Shown one piece after another: positions 43,069-52,985 of a DNA stretch of 64,000 bases (position 1 is its first letter; every line of letters begins with the position of its first letter). The DNA comes from Dehalococcoidia bacterium (GTDB lineage Bacteria > Chloroflexota > Dehalococcoidia > SM23-28-2 > RBG-16-64-32): contig CAXXTF010000002.1 in assembly GCA_963665775.2 (NCBI GenBank), positions 1,216,001 to 1,280,000 of the forward strand. The letters run 5' to 3'. The position numbers and the translations under genes were made by a program. The notes under the pieces are model-generated. The model was not told the DNA's origin. It made no database searches and saw nothing but the letters and a program-made list of their open reading frames with translations.

Positions 43069-44227
43069 CTCCGTAACGACCATCGATGGCGCTGGCTCCC
43101 CCTGGCAACGCTTGGGGGAACTCCTGGCCCTGTTCCTGCGGCTGGGGACCTTCGGCTTCGGCGGCCCCAACGCCCATATCGCCATCATGGAAGAGGAGGC
43201 CGTCCGAAGGCGGCGCTGGCTCTCCAGAGAGCACTTCGTAGATATCCTGGCCGTCACCAACATGGTTCCCGGCCCCAACTCTACGGAGATGGGCATCCAC
43301 CTGGGCTACCTGCGGGCAGGCCTTCCTGGCGCTGTCCTCAGCGGTCTCGCCTTTATCCTGCCGGCCTTCTTGTTGCTGCTGGGCCTCAGCTGGGCCTACT
43401 TCGAGCACGGGACGCTGTTGAGGGTCGACGCGCTCTTCTACGGTATCAAGCCGGCAGCCATCGCCATCATCCTCATTACCGTTTACCGCACCGGGAGCGC
43501 GGCGATAAGCGATGGCTGGCAGGCGGGGCTGTTTGGCGCCGGTCTGGCCCTCACGCTCCTGTATCCCAGCGTCGAGCCCATCACGCTGCTGCTGGCGGGC
43601 CTGGCCGGCATCCTCATCTACGCCACACCTAACCCCTTCATGGGCTTCCCAGCGGCAGCGATTCTCCTGACCACCGCTCCTCCCCTTCTCTCGTGGCAGG
43701 GGGAGACGCTAATAGACCTCTCCCTCCTGTTCCTAAGGACAGGCGGCCTCCTCTTCGGCGGGGGATACGTCATGATCCCGCTCATCGAGCATGACGTGGT
43801 AGAGCGCTTCGGCTGGATGAGCCGACAGGAGTTCCTGGACGGAGTGGCCCTGGGCCAGGCTACGCCGGGGCCCATCATCATCACCGCCACCTTCGTGGGC
43901 TACAAGGCTGCGGGCCTGGCCGGAGCGGCGGCGGCTACCGCCGCTATCTTCGTTCCCTCGTTCGTCATCTCTGTGACCGTGGCCCGTTTCGTCAGCTCCC
44001 TCCGACAGTGGCCCCTGGCGCGGGCTTTCCTGCGTGGCGTGGGCCCGGCGGTAGTGGGGGCCATCTTGGCCGCAGCGATAATCCTGGCCCGTGAGGCGCT
44101 GACCGATGTTCTGACGGTCGTACTGATGCTGGCGGCCCTCGTCGCCCTCGGCCGCTACCGGATAGGCTTCCCATACGTCTTCGGGGTCAGCGCCACTGTC
44201 GGCTTGTTGACGAAAGAGGTCTTCTGA
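43058..44227 (+). CDS. chrA: Chromate transporter (long-chain CHR)
   Basis: FGGPNAH, PGPNSTE, FGGGYV, TPGP. Confidence 0.88.
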   Translation: MGDSSVTTIDGAGSPWQRLGELLALFLRLGTFGFGGPNAHIAIMEEEAVRRRRWLSREHFVDILAVTNMVPGPNSTEMGIHLGYLRAGLPGAVLSGLAFILPAFLLLLGLSWAYFEHGTLLRVDALFYGIKPAAIAIILITVYRTGSAAISDGWQAGLFGAGLALTLLYPSVEPITLLLAGLAGILIYATPNPFMGFPAAAILLTTAPPLLSWQGETLIDLSLLFLRTGGLLFGGGYVMIPLIEHDVVERFGWMSRQEFLDGVALGQATPGPIIITATFVGYKAAGLAGAAAATAAIFVPSFVISVTVARFVSSLRQWPLARAFLRGVGPAVVGAILAAAIILAREALTDVLTVVLMLAALVALGRYRIGFPYVFGVSATVGLLTKEVF

Positions 44228-45000
44228 TGCGATTGGAGCAAGCGCTTGTCGTCTCCCACGAGCAGATCTGCCCGGACACCTTCCTGATGTGGCTCTCCTG
44301 CCCCGCCCTGGCCCGGGGCGCCGCGCCCGGGCGCTTCCTCATGATCCGCTGTGGGGACGGCGGAGAGCCCCTCCTGCCTCGGCCCATGAGCTTCCACCGT
44401 TTTCGCCAGGACGCCGGCGAGCGCCAGTTCGCCATCCTGTACGATGTTCGGGGCCGTGGCACCAGCTGGCTCTCCGCCCGTCAGGTCGGAGACCAGCTAT
44501 CAGTCTTCGGGCCTCTGGGCAAAGGTTACACCGTTAGCCCGCGGGCTCAGAACCTGCTGCTGGTAGGGGGTGGCCTCGGCTTCGCCGCCCTCGTCGCCCT
44601 AGCCGACGAAGCCGTCGCCGGCGGCAAGTCCGTCACCCTCGTCCAGGGCGCCCGCACGGCGGCGAAGCTCTATCCGCCGGATCTGCTGCCGCCGGAGGTC
44701 GAGGTCCTCTCCGCCACCGATGACGGCTCGACGGGCCACAAAGGTTATGTCACGGATCTTCTGCCGGAGCACCTAACGTGGGCGGACCAGCTCTTCACCT
44801 GCGGCCCCACGGCCATGCTGGCCGCCATGACCGGCGTTCTGCGCGAGGCCGGATGCCGAAAGCCCGCCCAGGCCCTCTTGGAGGAGCACATGGGCTGCGG
44901 CACCGGCATCTGCTACGGCTGCGCCGTATTCACCCGTAAGGGGGTGCGGCTAGTCTGCAAGGACGGCCCCCGCTTCGAGCTGCGGGAGGTGTTCTCTTAG
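44227..45000 (+). CDS. pyrK: Dihydroorotate dehydrogenase electron-transfer subunit
   Basis: RPMS, GPLG, GGGLG, TDDGS, MGCGTGICYGC, CKDGP. Confidence 0.93.
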   Translation: MRLEQALVVSHEQICPDTFLMWLSCPALARGAAPGRFLMIRCGDGGEPLLPRPMSFHRFRQDAGERQFAILYDVRGRGTSWLSARQVGDQLSVFGPLGKGYTVSPRAQNLLLVGGGLGFAALVALADEAVAGGKSVTLVQGARTAAKLYPPDLLPPEVEVLSATDDGSTGHKGYVTDLLPEHLTWADQLFTCGPTAMLAAMTGVLREAGCRKPAQALLEEHMGCGTGICYGCAVFTRKGVRLVCKDGPRFELREVFS

Positions 45001-45019
45001 ACCGAGCGGAGGTGCCGCC

Positions 45020-45505
45020 CTAGCCTGCCGCTCGCGCCGTTCGGCGACCGAACAGAAGTTGGTAGATCGTCGACGGGATGCAGTAGTGCGTCACGCTGAC
45101 GATGGCTGCAACCGCCGTGAGCATACCGCCGAGCAGATAGCCCAGCCAGGCCACGTCCACCTCAAACGCCACGGCCGTCCCTACGATCCATGGAGCAGCC
45201 ATCCCGCAGGCGAAGCGCGTCGGGGCTCCATTGCGCGGGAGAGGCATGGTTCCTGTCAGGTGGCGGACGCCATAGTTGTACACGAGATCAAACGGGTGTC
45301 TTGGGAAAATCCCGCCCAGGGCCGCTATCGGTGCCATGGCCCACAGAAGCGGCGTAAAGGCGAGCGCAGTGCCAACTCCTAACAGGATGCTGCAAAGGAC
45401 GAACGTGAAGCGCATCCAGGGGACAAGCTTGACAAACTCAGGGTCGTTGGAGCAGGCGATACCCCGCGTCTCCAGGCGTCTCTGTAATACCGGCGAAAGG
45501 GACAT
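45020..45505 (-). CDS. DUF4395-like membrane protein
   Basis: Four TM segments, HPFD, PTRFACG, YCIPS; ATG 45505 with GGAAAAGAAG upstream. Confidence 0.7.
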   Translation of the reverse strand: MSLSPVLQRRLETRGIACSNDPEFVKLVPWMRFTFVLCSILLGVGTALAFTPLLWAMAPIAALGGIFPRHPFDLVYNYGVRHLTGTMPLPRNGAPTRFACGMAAPWIVGTAVAFEVDVAWLGYLLGGMLTAVAAIVSVTHYCIPSTIYQLLFGRRTARAAG

Positions 45506-45616
45506 GGCTTCTTTTCCACCTTTCGGCTGGATGAGATGAGACGAGTGTACTCTCATGGCATCGGCTGTCAAGGGAGCCGGCAGTGACCCTTGGTGACGCA
45601 TGCCGGCGCAAAAAGA

Positions 45617-45647
45617 CGAGGCCCTCCCGTCCGGGAGGGCCTCGTTC
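45617..45647 (-). terminator. Terminator after mrp
   Basis: ACGAGGCCCTCCC-gtcc-GGGAGGGCCTCGT followed by CTTTTT on the minus strand. Confidence 0.7.
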
Positions 45648-45658
45648 CGCTTCGAGAG

Positions 45659-46768
45659 CTATGCGCTGACGGCGCTCTCCGCGAAGAAGTGCTGCACGCT
45701 GGTCTTGGCCGCCACCTTCTGGGCGATCGCGATCAGCGCCTTCGACGGTTCCGAGTCCGGATCGCTCTCCACTATGGGCACGCCCGCATCGGCGCCCTCG
45801 CGCACCTGGTTATGCAACGGGATATCCCCCAGGAAATCCAGGCCGAGCTCGTCAGCCGCCACTTGGGCGCCTCCGTTGCCGAAGATGTCCGTCCGCTCTG
45901 CGCAGTGAGGACAGGCGAAGTAACTCATGTTCTCGATAACCCCAAACACGGGCACGTTGAGCTTTTCAAACATGCCTACGGCCTTCATGGCGTCCTCCAG
46001 AGAGACGGAGTTGGGGGTGGTTACGATGACTGTACCGGCGATAGGTGCCTCCTGGGCCATGCTCATAGAAGCGTCGCTCGTACCCGGCGGCAAGTCGATA
46101 ATCAGGTAGTCCAGTTCGCCCTCGGCGCCCCAGGGGAGATCGTGTAGCAGCTGGGTGACGCCGGTGCCGATCATTGGTCCCCGCCAGATCACGGCCGTTC
46201 CCTTCTTTATGACGAAACCGATGGAGGCTACCCGCAACCCGAATCGCTGCACGATGGCGAGGCCGGTGTCCGCCTGGAAACCGGGCGGGAAGCCCAGCAT
46301 CGTGGGGAGGTTAGGACCGGTGATGTCGGCGTCCAGCAGACCAACCCTGGCCCCGAACTTGCTCAGGGCCAGCGACATGTTCACCGCCACTGTCGACTTG
46401 CCTACGCCGCCTTTGTTTGAGGCCACAGCGATAATGTTACGCACGCCCTCTATCGGTCGCGGACCGGCCTGCTTGCCAGTGGCACGCACATCGGCGTCCA
46501 TCTCGACCTCGGCCTGCTGGACGCCGGGCAGGGCCAGCAGGAGCTCCTCCGCCTGACTCTTCATCTGCTCCCGCACAGGGCAAGCCGGTGTGGTCAGAGT
46601 AATCTTCACTGCTACCTTGCCACCAGATATATCGATGTCCTCATCCTTGATGAAGCCCAAACTCACGATATCTCGATGCAGGTCAGGGTCCTCGATCTGG
46701 CCGAGGGCGGCCAGCACCGCGGCCTTATCCACACCCCCGTTGGACTTCTGCTGCTCTTCCGAGGCCAT
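45659..46768 (-). CDS. apbC: Mrp/ApbC Fe-S cluster carrier ATPase
   Basis: TLTTPACP, NKGGVGKST, WRGPM, DLPPGT, ENMSYFACPHC. Confidence 0.94.
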   Translation of the reverse strand: MASEEQQKSNGGVDKAAVLAALGQIEDPDLHRDIVSLGFIKDEDIDISGGKVAVKITLTTPACPVREQMKSQAEELLLALPGVQQAEVEMDADVRATGKQAGPRPIEGVRNIIAVASNKGGVGKSTVAVNMSLALSKFGARVGLLDADITGPNLPTMLGFPPGFQADTGLAIVQRFGLRVASIGFVIKKGTAVIWRGPMIGTGVTQLLHDLPWGAEGELDYLIIDLPPGTSDASMSMAQEAPIAGTVIVTTPNSVSLEDAMKAVGMFEKLNVPVFGVIENMSYFACPHCAERTDIFGNGGAQVAADELGLDFLGDIPLHNQVREGADAGVPIVESDPDSEPSKALIAIAQKVAAKTSVQHFFAESAVSA

Positions 46769-46772
46769 ATGG

Positions 46773-47429
46773 CTAACCTTCCTTTCCTCGGCCGTCCTCT
46801 TGCCGAACGACGAACCGGCAGCACTCCGCGCCCTGGTTCATGAACTGATAGCACTGCACGTCTTGGCCCAGTAAGCGGCTGATCACGGCTTCATCGAACT
46901 CACATAGGTCGCCGTGGGAGCCCACTACCCGCCGGTAAACGCAGTTATAGTTGATGATCTCGTAGCCCCGGTCGTCGCTCCGCCACTCGGCGAAGCCGCC
47001 CTCCTGGTCCAGTATCTGCGCCGTCACGGCTACCCGCTCCGCCAAGCTCTTACCGTCGACGAGCGCCTCATTCTCCAGGTATACCCGCTCCGCCATCTTC
47101 ATTAGGAGCTTCCTCTTCTTCTCCTCCGGGCTGAGCCCGGCAATATCATCGGCATCAAGAACGGCCACCTCCTGCAGGAGCAGGTCTGCCAGCCGGTCGT
47201 ACCGCTTGGGGAAGAACTCCTCGCCCCGATCGCTCAGGCTGAACAGAAAGTGGGGCCGTCCCTTCCCCGTGCGCTCCTCTCTGGATACCACAAACCCATC
47301 TCGTTCCATCCCGGCCAGGTGCTGACGAACCGTCATCCTCGCCAATCCAAGAGCGTTAGCCAGGCCGCCCACGCTGGCGCCACCGGCCCGCTTGATGTGC
47401 GTTAGCATCTGCTCTCTCGTAGTGCGCAT
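46773..47429 (-). CDS. SufR-like HTH regulator
   Basis: VRQHL, GRP, FPKRY; C-terminal Cys set (NCVY, LCE, CC); co-oriented with apbC. Confidence 0.8.
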   Translation of the reverse strand: MRTTREQMLTHIKRAGGASVGGLANALGLARMTVRQHLAGMERDGFVVSREERTGKGRPHFLFSLSDRGEEFFPKRYDRLADLLLQEVAVLDADDIAGLSPEEKKRKLLMKMAERVYLENEALVDGKSLAERVAVTAQILDQEGGFAEWRSDDRGYEIINYNCVYRRVVGSHGDLCEFDEAVISRLLGQDVQCYQFMNQGAECCRFVVRQEDGRGKEG

Positions 47430-47500
47430 GTAAGGCAACCTTTCGACGGTTCAGTCGTTACTAAGTATACACAAGGGAAAGCCAAAGCGAAAGACAATAA

Positions 47501-47552
47501 AGACATTATATAAGGTCTAAACCTTGACATCGATTTAACCCTATTCTATCCT
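47501..47552 (+). promoter_or_regulatory. Palindromic operator and promoter
   Basis: AGACATTATATAAGGTCT near-palindrome; TTGACA (47524)-17-TATCCT (47547). Confidence 0.6.
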
Positions 47553-47634
47553 GTAATCCGAGTACGATCCTGTAACGTATGACTAATAAAGAGCATCTTA
47601 AGTGCTTGAACGAACCCCGGAGGTGGGTGCAATC

Positions 47635-47931
47635 ATGAGAAAGGCAGCAACCATAGAGAAGCCAGAGGCTGTGCCGCCGCCTACCCTAGAGATTTCAACC
47701 TGCCAGCACCACTGGCTCATCGAGACCCCGCGAGGGGCTATGAGCAAAGGGCGCTGCAAACGGTGTGGCTCAGAGCGGGAGTTCCGCAACTCCGCCAACG
47801 ACTACGTGTGGGAAGACGACTCCAGCCTGAACTACAACGCTATGAGCGGCGTACGCTCCATCCCCAGAGCCGCTGATGACGACGAGGCGGCCGCCGGGCC
47901 TCGGTCCGATGCGACCGCGCTGATGGTATAG
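47635..47931 (+). CDS. Small CxHHW...CxxC metal-binding protein
   Basis: GGAGG upstream, CQHHWLIE..GRCKRCG, own promoter and downstream hairpin. Confidence 0.75.
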   Translation: MRKAATIEKPEAVPPPTLEISTCQHHWLIETPRGAMSKGRCKRCGSEREFRNSANDYVWEDDSSLNYNAMSGVRSIPRAADDDEAAAGPRSDATALMV

Positions 47932-48013
47932 CCATCCCTTAAGAACGAGTGGGCCCCGCTTCGGCGGGGCTTCTCTGTATTTCGGCCTAGCCCTGGCGTA
48001 TATTGTTAGCGAC

Positions 48014-48985
48014 GTGAACCTGTCCCTGGACCTGGCCCTCACTCAGAAGCGCGGCCTGCGCCTCTCCAGCCCCATCATGACGGCCTCCGGCACGTTCGGC
48101 AACGGGTTGGAGTATGTCAAGGTTTTCGATATCCAGCAGCTGGGTGCAATAGTCAGCAAGGCGATCACCCTGCGGCCCCGTCGCGGCAACCCTCAGCCTC
48201 GCATCGCCGAGACGGCCGCCGGCATGATCAACTCCATCGGCCTCCAGAACATCGGGGTCGAGGCCATCGTCCGCGATGTGGCACCGGTGTGGGCCACCTG
48301 GCAAGTCCCCGTCATCGCCAACATCGCCGGCGAGAGCGTGAGCGACTACACGAAGCTGGCCCGCCGCCTGAACTCCGTGCCCGGCGTCAGCGGTCTAGAG
48401 CTGAACATCAGCTGCCCCAACGTGGACAGCGGCCTGGAATTCGGCAGCGACCCCAGGGCGGCCGCGGAGTTGACCCGGGCCGTGCGAGGGCAGACGGAGC
48501 TGCCCCTTCTGGTCAAGCTGACCCCTAACGTCGGCGACATCGTAGCCATGGCCCGCGCCGTCGTTGAGGCTGGCGCCGATGCCCTCACTGTGATCAACAG
48601 CTACCCCGCTACGAGCATCGACGTGGCGACGCGCCGCCCGGCCCTGGGCTGGGGCTCCGGCGGCCTTTCCGGCCCTGCTCTCAAGCCCATCGCCCTGCGC
48701 CTGGTGTACCAGATCGCCAGCGCCCTGGACGTCCCCATCATCGGCTGTGGTGGCATCACCAGCGGCCGCGACGCCATCGAGTACCTGATGGCGGGCGCCC
48801 GAGCGGTTCAGGTAGGCACCGCTACCTACCTGAACCCGCGCGCCCCCCTGGACATCCAGGACGACGTCGAGGAATTCTTGCGGGACGAAGGCGTCGAGGA
48901 CGTGGGCCAGATCGTCGGTGCCGCCCTCCCGGGCGCCCGCCAGGCCGCGGTCAGGGCGCCGGAAGCGGGGCAAGGCCGCAGTTGA
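48014..48985 (+). CDS. pyrD: Dihydroorotate dehydrogenase class 1B
   Basis: ASGTFG, NSIGLQN, ELNISCPNV, GGLSGP. Confidence 0.95.
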   Translation: MNLSLDLALTQKRGLRLSSPIMTASGTFGNGLEYVKVFDIQQLGAIVSKAITLRPRRGNPQPRIAETAAGMINSIGLQNIGVEAIVRDVAPVWATWQVPVIANIAGESVSDYTKLARRLNSVPGVSGLELNISCPNVDSGLEFGSDPRAAAELTRAVRGQTELPLLVKLTPNVGDIVAMARAVVEAGADALTVINSYPATSIDVATRRPALGWGSGGLSGPALKPIALRLVYQIASALDVPIIGCGGITSGRDAIEYLMAGARAVQVGTATYLNPRAPLDIQDDVEEFLRDEGVEDVGQIVGAALPGARQAAVRAPEAGQGRS

Positions 48986-49021
48986 CCCCTGGCGCCGGGC
49001 GACCCTAAGATGAACTGAAGC

Positions 49022-49099
49022 CGGGGTGTAGCTCAGCCAGGTTAGAGCGCCTGGTTTGGGACCAGGAGGTCGGCAGTTCGAATCTGCCCACCCCGACCA
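49022..49099 (+). tRNA. tRNA-Pro(TGG)
   Basis: CGGGGTG acceptor stem, CCTGG-TTTGGGA-CCAGG anticodon arm, GTTCGAATC, CCA end. Confidence 0.96.
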
Positions 49100-49177
49100 A
49101 TCCTGAGATACGGATTTGCCACGATAACTGAACCCCTTTCGCTCTCGCTTTCCCTATTGACGCCACAGCGCTCAGGC

Positions 49178-49228
49178 GCATATCCTTGCCAGGAGGGGTC
49201 ACGGGTTCGAATCCCATGTTCCGCTCCA
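49178..49228 (+). pseudogene. Degenerate tRNA-Gly(GCC) 3' fragment
   Basis: TCCTTGCCAGGA...GGGTTCGAATCCC...TTCCGCTCCA; 5' acceptor and D arms absent. Confidence 0.7.
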
Positions 49229-49343
49229 GGTTCGAAAATTAGGCGCACGGCACTAGTCCGCTCCTGAGTAAGCCTCAGGAAACAACGGGGGAGGTCGTGC
49301 GTCTTGTTATTTACAGACCAGCATCACAGAGCCGGGGTCTTGT

Positions 49344-50306
49344 GTGGGTATAATAGGTTCGCGACATCAGTCAGGCCGGAGTGGCAGCCTTCCGGCCGCC
49401 CTCTGCCGTAACTCCTATATTGTCGCGGCGACGCTGCTCGCCGGGCTCGCCGGGCTGCTACTGTTTCTCGAGACGCCCAACGTCGACACGAGCGCCAGGC
49501 CGGCTTGGGCCGCTCAGGAGCTCTCGCCCCCACTGAAGCTACCGTGGCAGGACGGACAGGCCTGGCTGACCGGTGTTTCCGGATTCCATACAGCAAAAGA
49601 TGCCCTGGACTTCCTGCCCCCTGACTCTCCTCTCAATCTGGCGGTGACCTGTGAGGGCGGCCCCGGTTGGGTGCCGGCGGAATCGGAGTTTTGGGTCGTC
49701 GCTGCCGCAGCGGGAACGGTTACGCAGGCCAGCGATAACGTCGTTGTGATCGATCACGGTAACGGCTGGACCACCGGCTACTACCACCTGCACAGCTTTC
49801 AGGTACAGCCGGGCGACACCGTCCCTCCCAAATGGACGCTCGGCCACCCCTCAAACTACGGCGACTGCTCGACGGGCCCGCAGGTCCACTTCTGGGCACT
49901 GGGACCCGACGGACAGACCCTACGCGACCTGATGATATCCGGAGGGGAGGCGATGGAAATTGGTATTAACGTGGCGATCAGCGACACCGGTAACTTTCCT
50001 CCGGCGTCGAGCCCCTCTCCTACACCTACGCCTACTCCCACGCCTACGCCTTTGGCCGTCCTCAAGGGCGACGTGGACTGCGATGGCGATGTCGACGCCG
50101 TGGACGCGCTCAAGGAGCTACGACATGTTGCCGGGCTACCCATTAGCCAGGTGGAGCCATGCCACGACATCGGCGCCGCCGGCGCCTCCACCTTCGGTGA
50201 CGTCGACTGCGACGATGACGTCGACGCCGTGGACTCCCTCAGGATCCTCCGTCACGTGGCGAATCTGCCGACCGGCCAGGAGCCGTCCTGCCCTCCGATG
50301 GGGTAG
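49344..50306 (+). CDS. M23-like peptidase with dockerin-like repeats
   Basis: ALDF, IDHGNG..YYHL, STGPQVHF, PT linker, two GDVDCDxDVDAVD repeats; start uncertain. Confidence 0.8.
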   Translation: MGIIGSRHQSGRSGSLPAALCRNSYIVAATLLAGLAGLLLFLETPNVDTSARPAWAAQELSPPLKLPWQDGQAWLTGVSGFHTAKDALDFLPPDSPLNLAVTCEGGPGWVPAESEFWVVAAAAGTVTQASDNVVVIDHGNGWTTGYYHLHSFQVQPGDTVPPKWTLGHPSNYGDCSTGPQVHFWALGPDGQTLRDLMISGGEAMEIGINVAISDTGNFPPASSPSPTPTPTPTPTPLAVLKGDVDCDGDVDAVDALKELRHVAGLPISQVEPCHDIGAAGASTFGDVDCDDDVDAVDSLRILRHVANLPTGQEPSCPPMG

Positions 50307-50434
50307 CCAGCAAGCCACCGGCCGCCGTCCGAACGAGCACGAGCTTCCGGAAAGCGTTTCGTGACCGGAGATGCGGCCTTCGCCGTCTATGCGGGCCGCC
50401 GGCCGAGGGTGGCAAGCGACCCAGAAGCCGGCGA

Positions 50435-51031
50435 GTGGTAAAATCGCGGTTGATGCGCAAGACACTTGGAGTGGCTCTCGCGGCGGCGGCCGTGGCGATT
50501 CTAGCAGCCTGTGGTGGCGGCGACGATGCGGTATCGTCGCCGACCCCGGCAGGCACGGCCACGCCAACGCCGACAGCCACTGCTGATGCGACAGCGACAG
50601 CGACACCCACGCCCCTCGCTACGTCCGCCCCTACACCGACCGCCGCTCCCACGGCATCGCCCACAACTGCTCCTGCGGGCAGCCCCTACTCCCTCGCCGA
50701 CCTAGAGAGGGAATGGGAGGGCAGGGGCATCGCCATGACCCTGGGTGACCCCAGCACCGGCCTGAGCGGCTTTGGCGGCACCGCCACAGACGTGCGCTTG
50801 ACCAAAGGCGACGACACGATGGACCTCTCGATCTTGGTCTACGGAAGTTCCGAAGCCGGAAACGAGGACTGGGAACTCACCCCGGGAGAGGCGCCGACGG
50901 CCAAGCTGGGCCGCAACCTCCCGGAGCACGTTTCCACCTGGTGGAACGAAAACGTCGTCGTCGTGGTAATTTCGAGATCGGGTGACATCGACACCGATGT
51001 CCTGGCGGGCTTCCTCGACCTGGGCTCTTAG
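50435..51031 (+). CDS. Thr/Ala/Pro-rich lipoprotein
   Basis: LAACGGG lipobox, low-complexity linker, small C-terminal domain. Confidence 0.78.
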   Translation: MVKSRLMRKTLGVALAAAAVAILAACGGGDDAVSSPTPAGTATPTPTATADATATATPTPLATSAPTPTAAPTASPTTAPAGSPYSLADLEREWEGRGIAMTLGDPSTGLSGFGGTATDVRLTKGDDTMDLSILVYGSSEAGNEDWELTPGEAPTAKLGRNLPEHVSTWWNENVVVVVISRSGDIDTDVLAGFLDLGS

Positions 51032-51040
51032 CCCGCGACC

Positions 51041-51598
51041 TCAATCCCGCCGGCGCCCAGCCTCCTTCAGCGCTCGCCAGACCTGTGGGTCCGAAGAGAG
51101 AAAGCGTACGACCTGGCTGGTGCTGATACCAAGCGCTCGGGCCGCCCCCGCGTAGCTCCCGTTGGCCGCTGCCAGGGCGTCCAGCACCGTCGCGACAACC
51201 AGGGGATAGGCCCTGTTGCGTCGGTTGACGGACAGGCGGCCGTTAGGGCCTCGCTGAGCCGTAAACTCAGGGGCTAGAGACGGCGACGCTAGATCGAATG
51301 GCGCCCTTAGCTCCAGCGCCAGGCGCTCGCGGAGGCGCCGCAGGGCCCTGGTCCGGTTCTCCCCCAGCATGCGCGACTCCTCCGCCTGAGCGATGAGACC
51401 CGTGGGCCCATGCTGAAGGCGGACGGCGGTCTCCACCTTGTTACGCCGCTGACCGCCGGGCCCGCTCGCCCGGTAGCGCCCCTCCCGACACTCCTTCCGG
51501 AGGGCAGCGTCGTCGAGACGCAGCCAGGCGTCCCTGCGGAGGGCGTAATCGTAATCTCTGCTCGCGCCGGTCACAGGATGGCCCCGACCCGGGGGCAC
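51041..51598 (-). CDS. Release-factor-like GGQ protein (ribosome rescue candidate)
   Basis: SGPGGQRRNKVETAVRL, HTH-like C-terminus; start uncertain. Confidence 0.85.
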   Translation of the reverse strand: MPPGRGHPVTGASRDYDYALRRDAWLRLDDAALRKECREGRYRASGPGGQRRNKVETAVRLQHGPTGLIAQAEESRMLGENRTRALRRLRERLALELRAPFDLASPSLAPEFTAQRGPNGRLSVNRRNRAYPLVVATVLDALAAANGSYAGAARALGISTSQVVRFLSSDPQVWRALKEAGRRRD

Positions 51599-51599
51599 G

Positions 51600-52985
51600 C
51601 TACGCTAGCTGACGATAGCTTGGCCGGAAAGCCCAGACCAGGGCGACATAGACGATGATGATGGCGGCGGCCCCCGTGACCGCAGTGGCGATGCCGATGT
51701 GGTCGGCGAGGAACCCCATCGGCAGAATCGACAGCGGCATCAGCGAGAAGGTCATCATATAAACGCTCATGACCCGGCCGCGCATTTCGTGGGGGGTGCT
51801 GGTCATGATCATCGTGTTGTTAAGGGCCATGAACATCTGAGAGGTCATGCCAACCAGCGGCAGGAGTAACAGTCCCAGCCAGAACGCGCCAAACAGGCCG
51901 CTGGTAAAACCGAACAGGAACAGGCTGCTGCCGAACGCTAGGGCCGCCAGAAGCTGGGTGCGTCCACGGCTGCTCATGTTGGCGGCACGGGAGGCGACCC
52001 AGAGACTGCCCACTACCGCCCCCACGCCGGAAACGGCCAGGAGGAAGCCGAAGCCCAGTGGCCCCTGGTCGAACACATCACCGGCGAACACCGGCATGAG
52101 CATCTGAACCGGCATCCCGAACAGGATGAGCAAGAAGCCCATCCCAATCAGGGTCCGTAGAGTCGAGCTGCGGCGAATATAGGAGAGGCCGGAGAAGAGG
52201 TCCGTCATCACTGGGCGGTTGACCTTGCCGCGCCAGCTGCCGGACATCGGGACCTTGAACAAGGTGATGACTGATATCACATAGGTGAACGCTATAAGGA
52301 AAAATACGCCTTCAATACCGACGAACGGTATGGCAACTAGCGGGCCGGCGAGGGCGGGGCCCAGGATGCGCGTCAGGTTCATGCCGGCGCTGTTGAGGGC
52401 GATGGCGTTCATCAGCTCGTCCTCGCCTACCAGCTCGGGGAGGATCGCCTGCCGGCTGGGCATGTTGAAGGCGAAGATAGTGCCCTGTAGCAGCCCCATC
52501 ACCACCAGGTGCCAAACCTGGATCGCCCCCGTAAGTACCAGCACCGCCACAACGGCCGCCAGCACACCGGTCAGGCCCTGAGCGGCAATGATGATGTTGC
52601 GCTTCTCCAGGCGGTCCGCAGCCACTCCCCCAAACAGCGAAAAGAAGAACATGGGCAGACCAAAGGAGCTGGAGACGATCCCGATACTGGCGGCGCTTCC
52701 GGTTAGCTCCCAGGTCAGCCAGCCCCTGGCGATCTGCTGCATCATCATGCCCATGAAGGACGCAGTCATACTGATGTACAGGTAGCGGTACCCGCGAATC
52801 CTCAGAGAGGAGAAGGTGCGTGCCCAGCCCTCGCGAGTGGTGGGAAGGGGCACGGCCCCGCCACGACCAGCTGCCACCTCCGCGGCCTCCCCACCCCCCG
52901 TGCCAGCGGTGTTGATCACGCCATGATCGGCCACGCCTTCAGGTTCGGCACGTACGGTTACTACTTCATCGCGAGGGCTCTCCAT
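51600..52985 (-). CDS. MFS transporter (H+ antiporter-like)
   Basis: GVAADRLEKR, PSRQA, RILGPAL, MRGRVMS, about 12 TM helices. Confidence 0.92.
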   Translation of the reverse strand: MESPRDEVVTVRAEPEGVADHGVINTAGTGGGEAAEVAAGRGGAVPLPTTREGWARTFSSLRIRGYRYLYISMTASFMGMMMQQIARGWLTWELTGSAASIGIVSSSFGLPMFFFSLFGGVAADRLEKRNIIIAAQGLTGVLAAVVAVLVLTGAIQVWHLVVMGLLQGTIFAFNMPSRQAILPELVGEDELMNAIALNSAGMNLTRILGPALAGPLVAIPFVGIEGVFFLIAFTYVISVITLFKVPMSGSWRGKVNRPVMTDLFSGLSYIRRSSTLRTLIGMGFLLILFGMPVQMLMPVFAGDVFDQGPLGFGFLLAVSGVGAVVGSLWVASRAANMSSRGRTQLLAALAFGSSLFLFGFTSGLFGAFWLGLLLLPLVGMTSQMFMALNNTMIMTSTPHEMRGRVMSVYMMTFSLMPLSILPMGFLADHIGIATAVTGAAAIIIVYVALVWAFRPSYRQLA

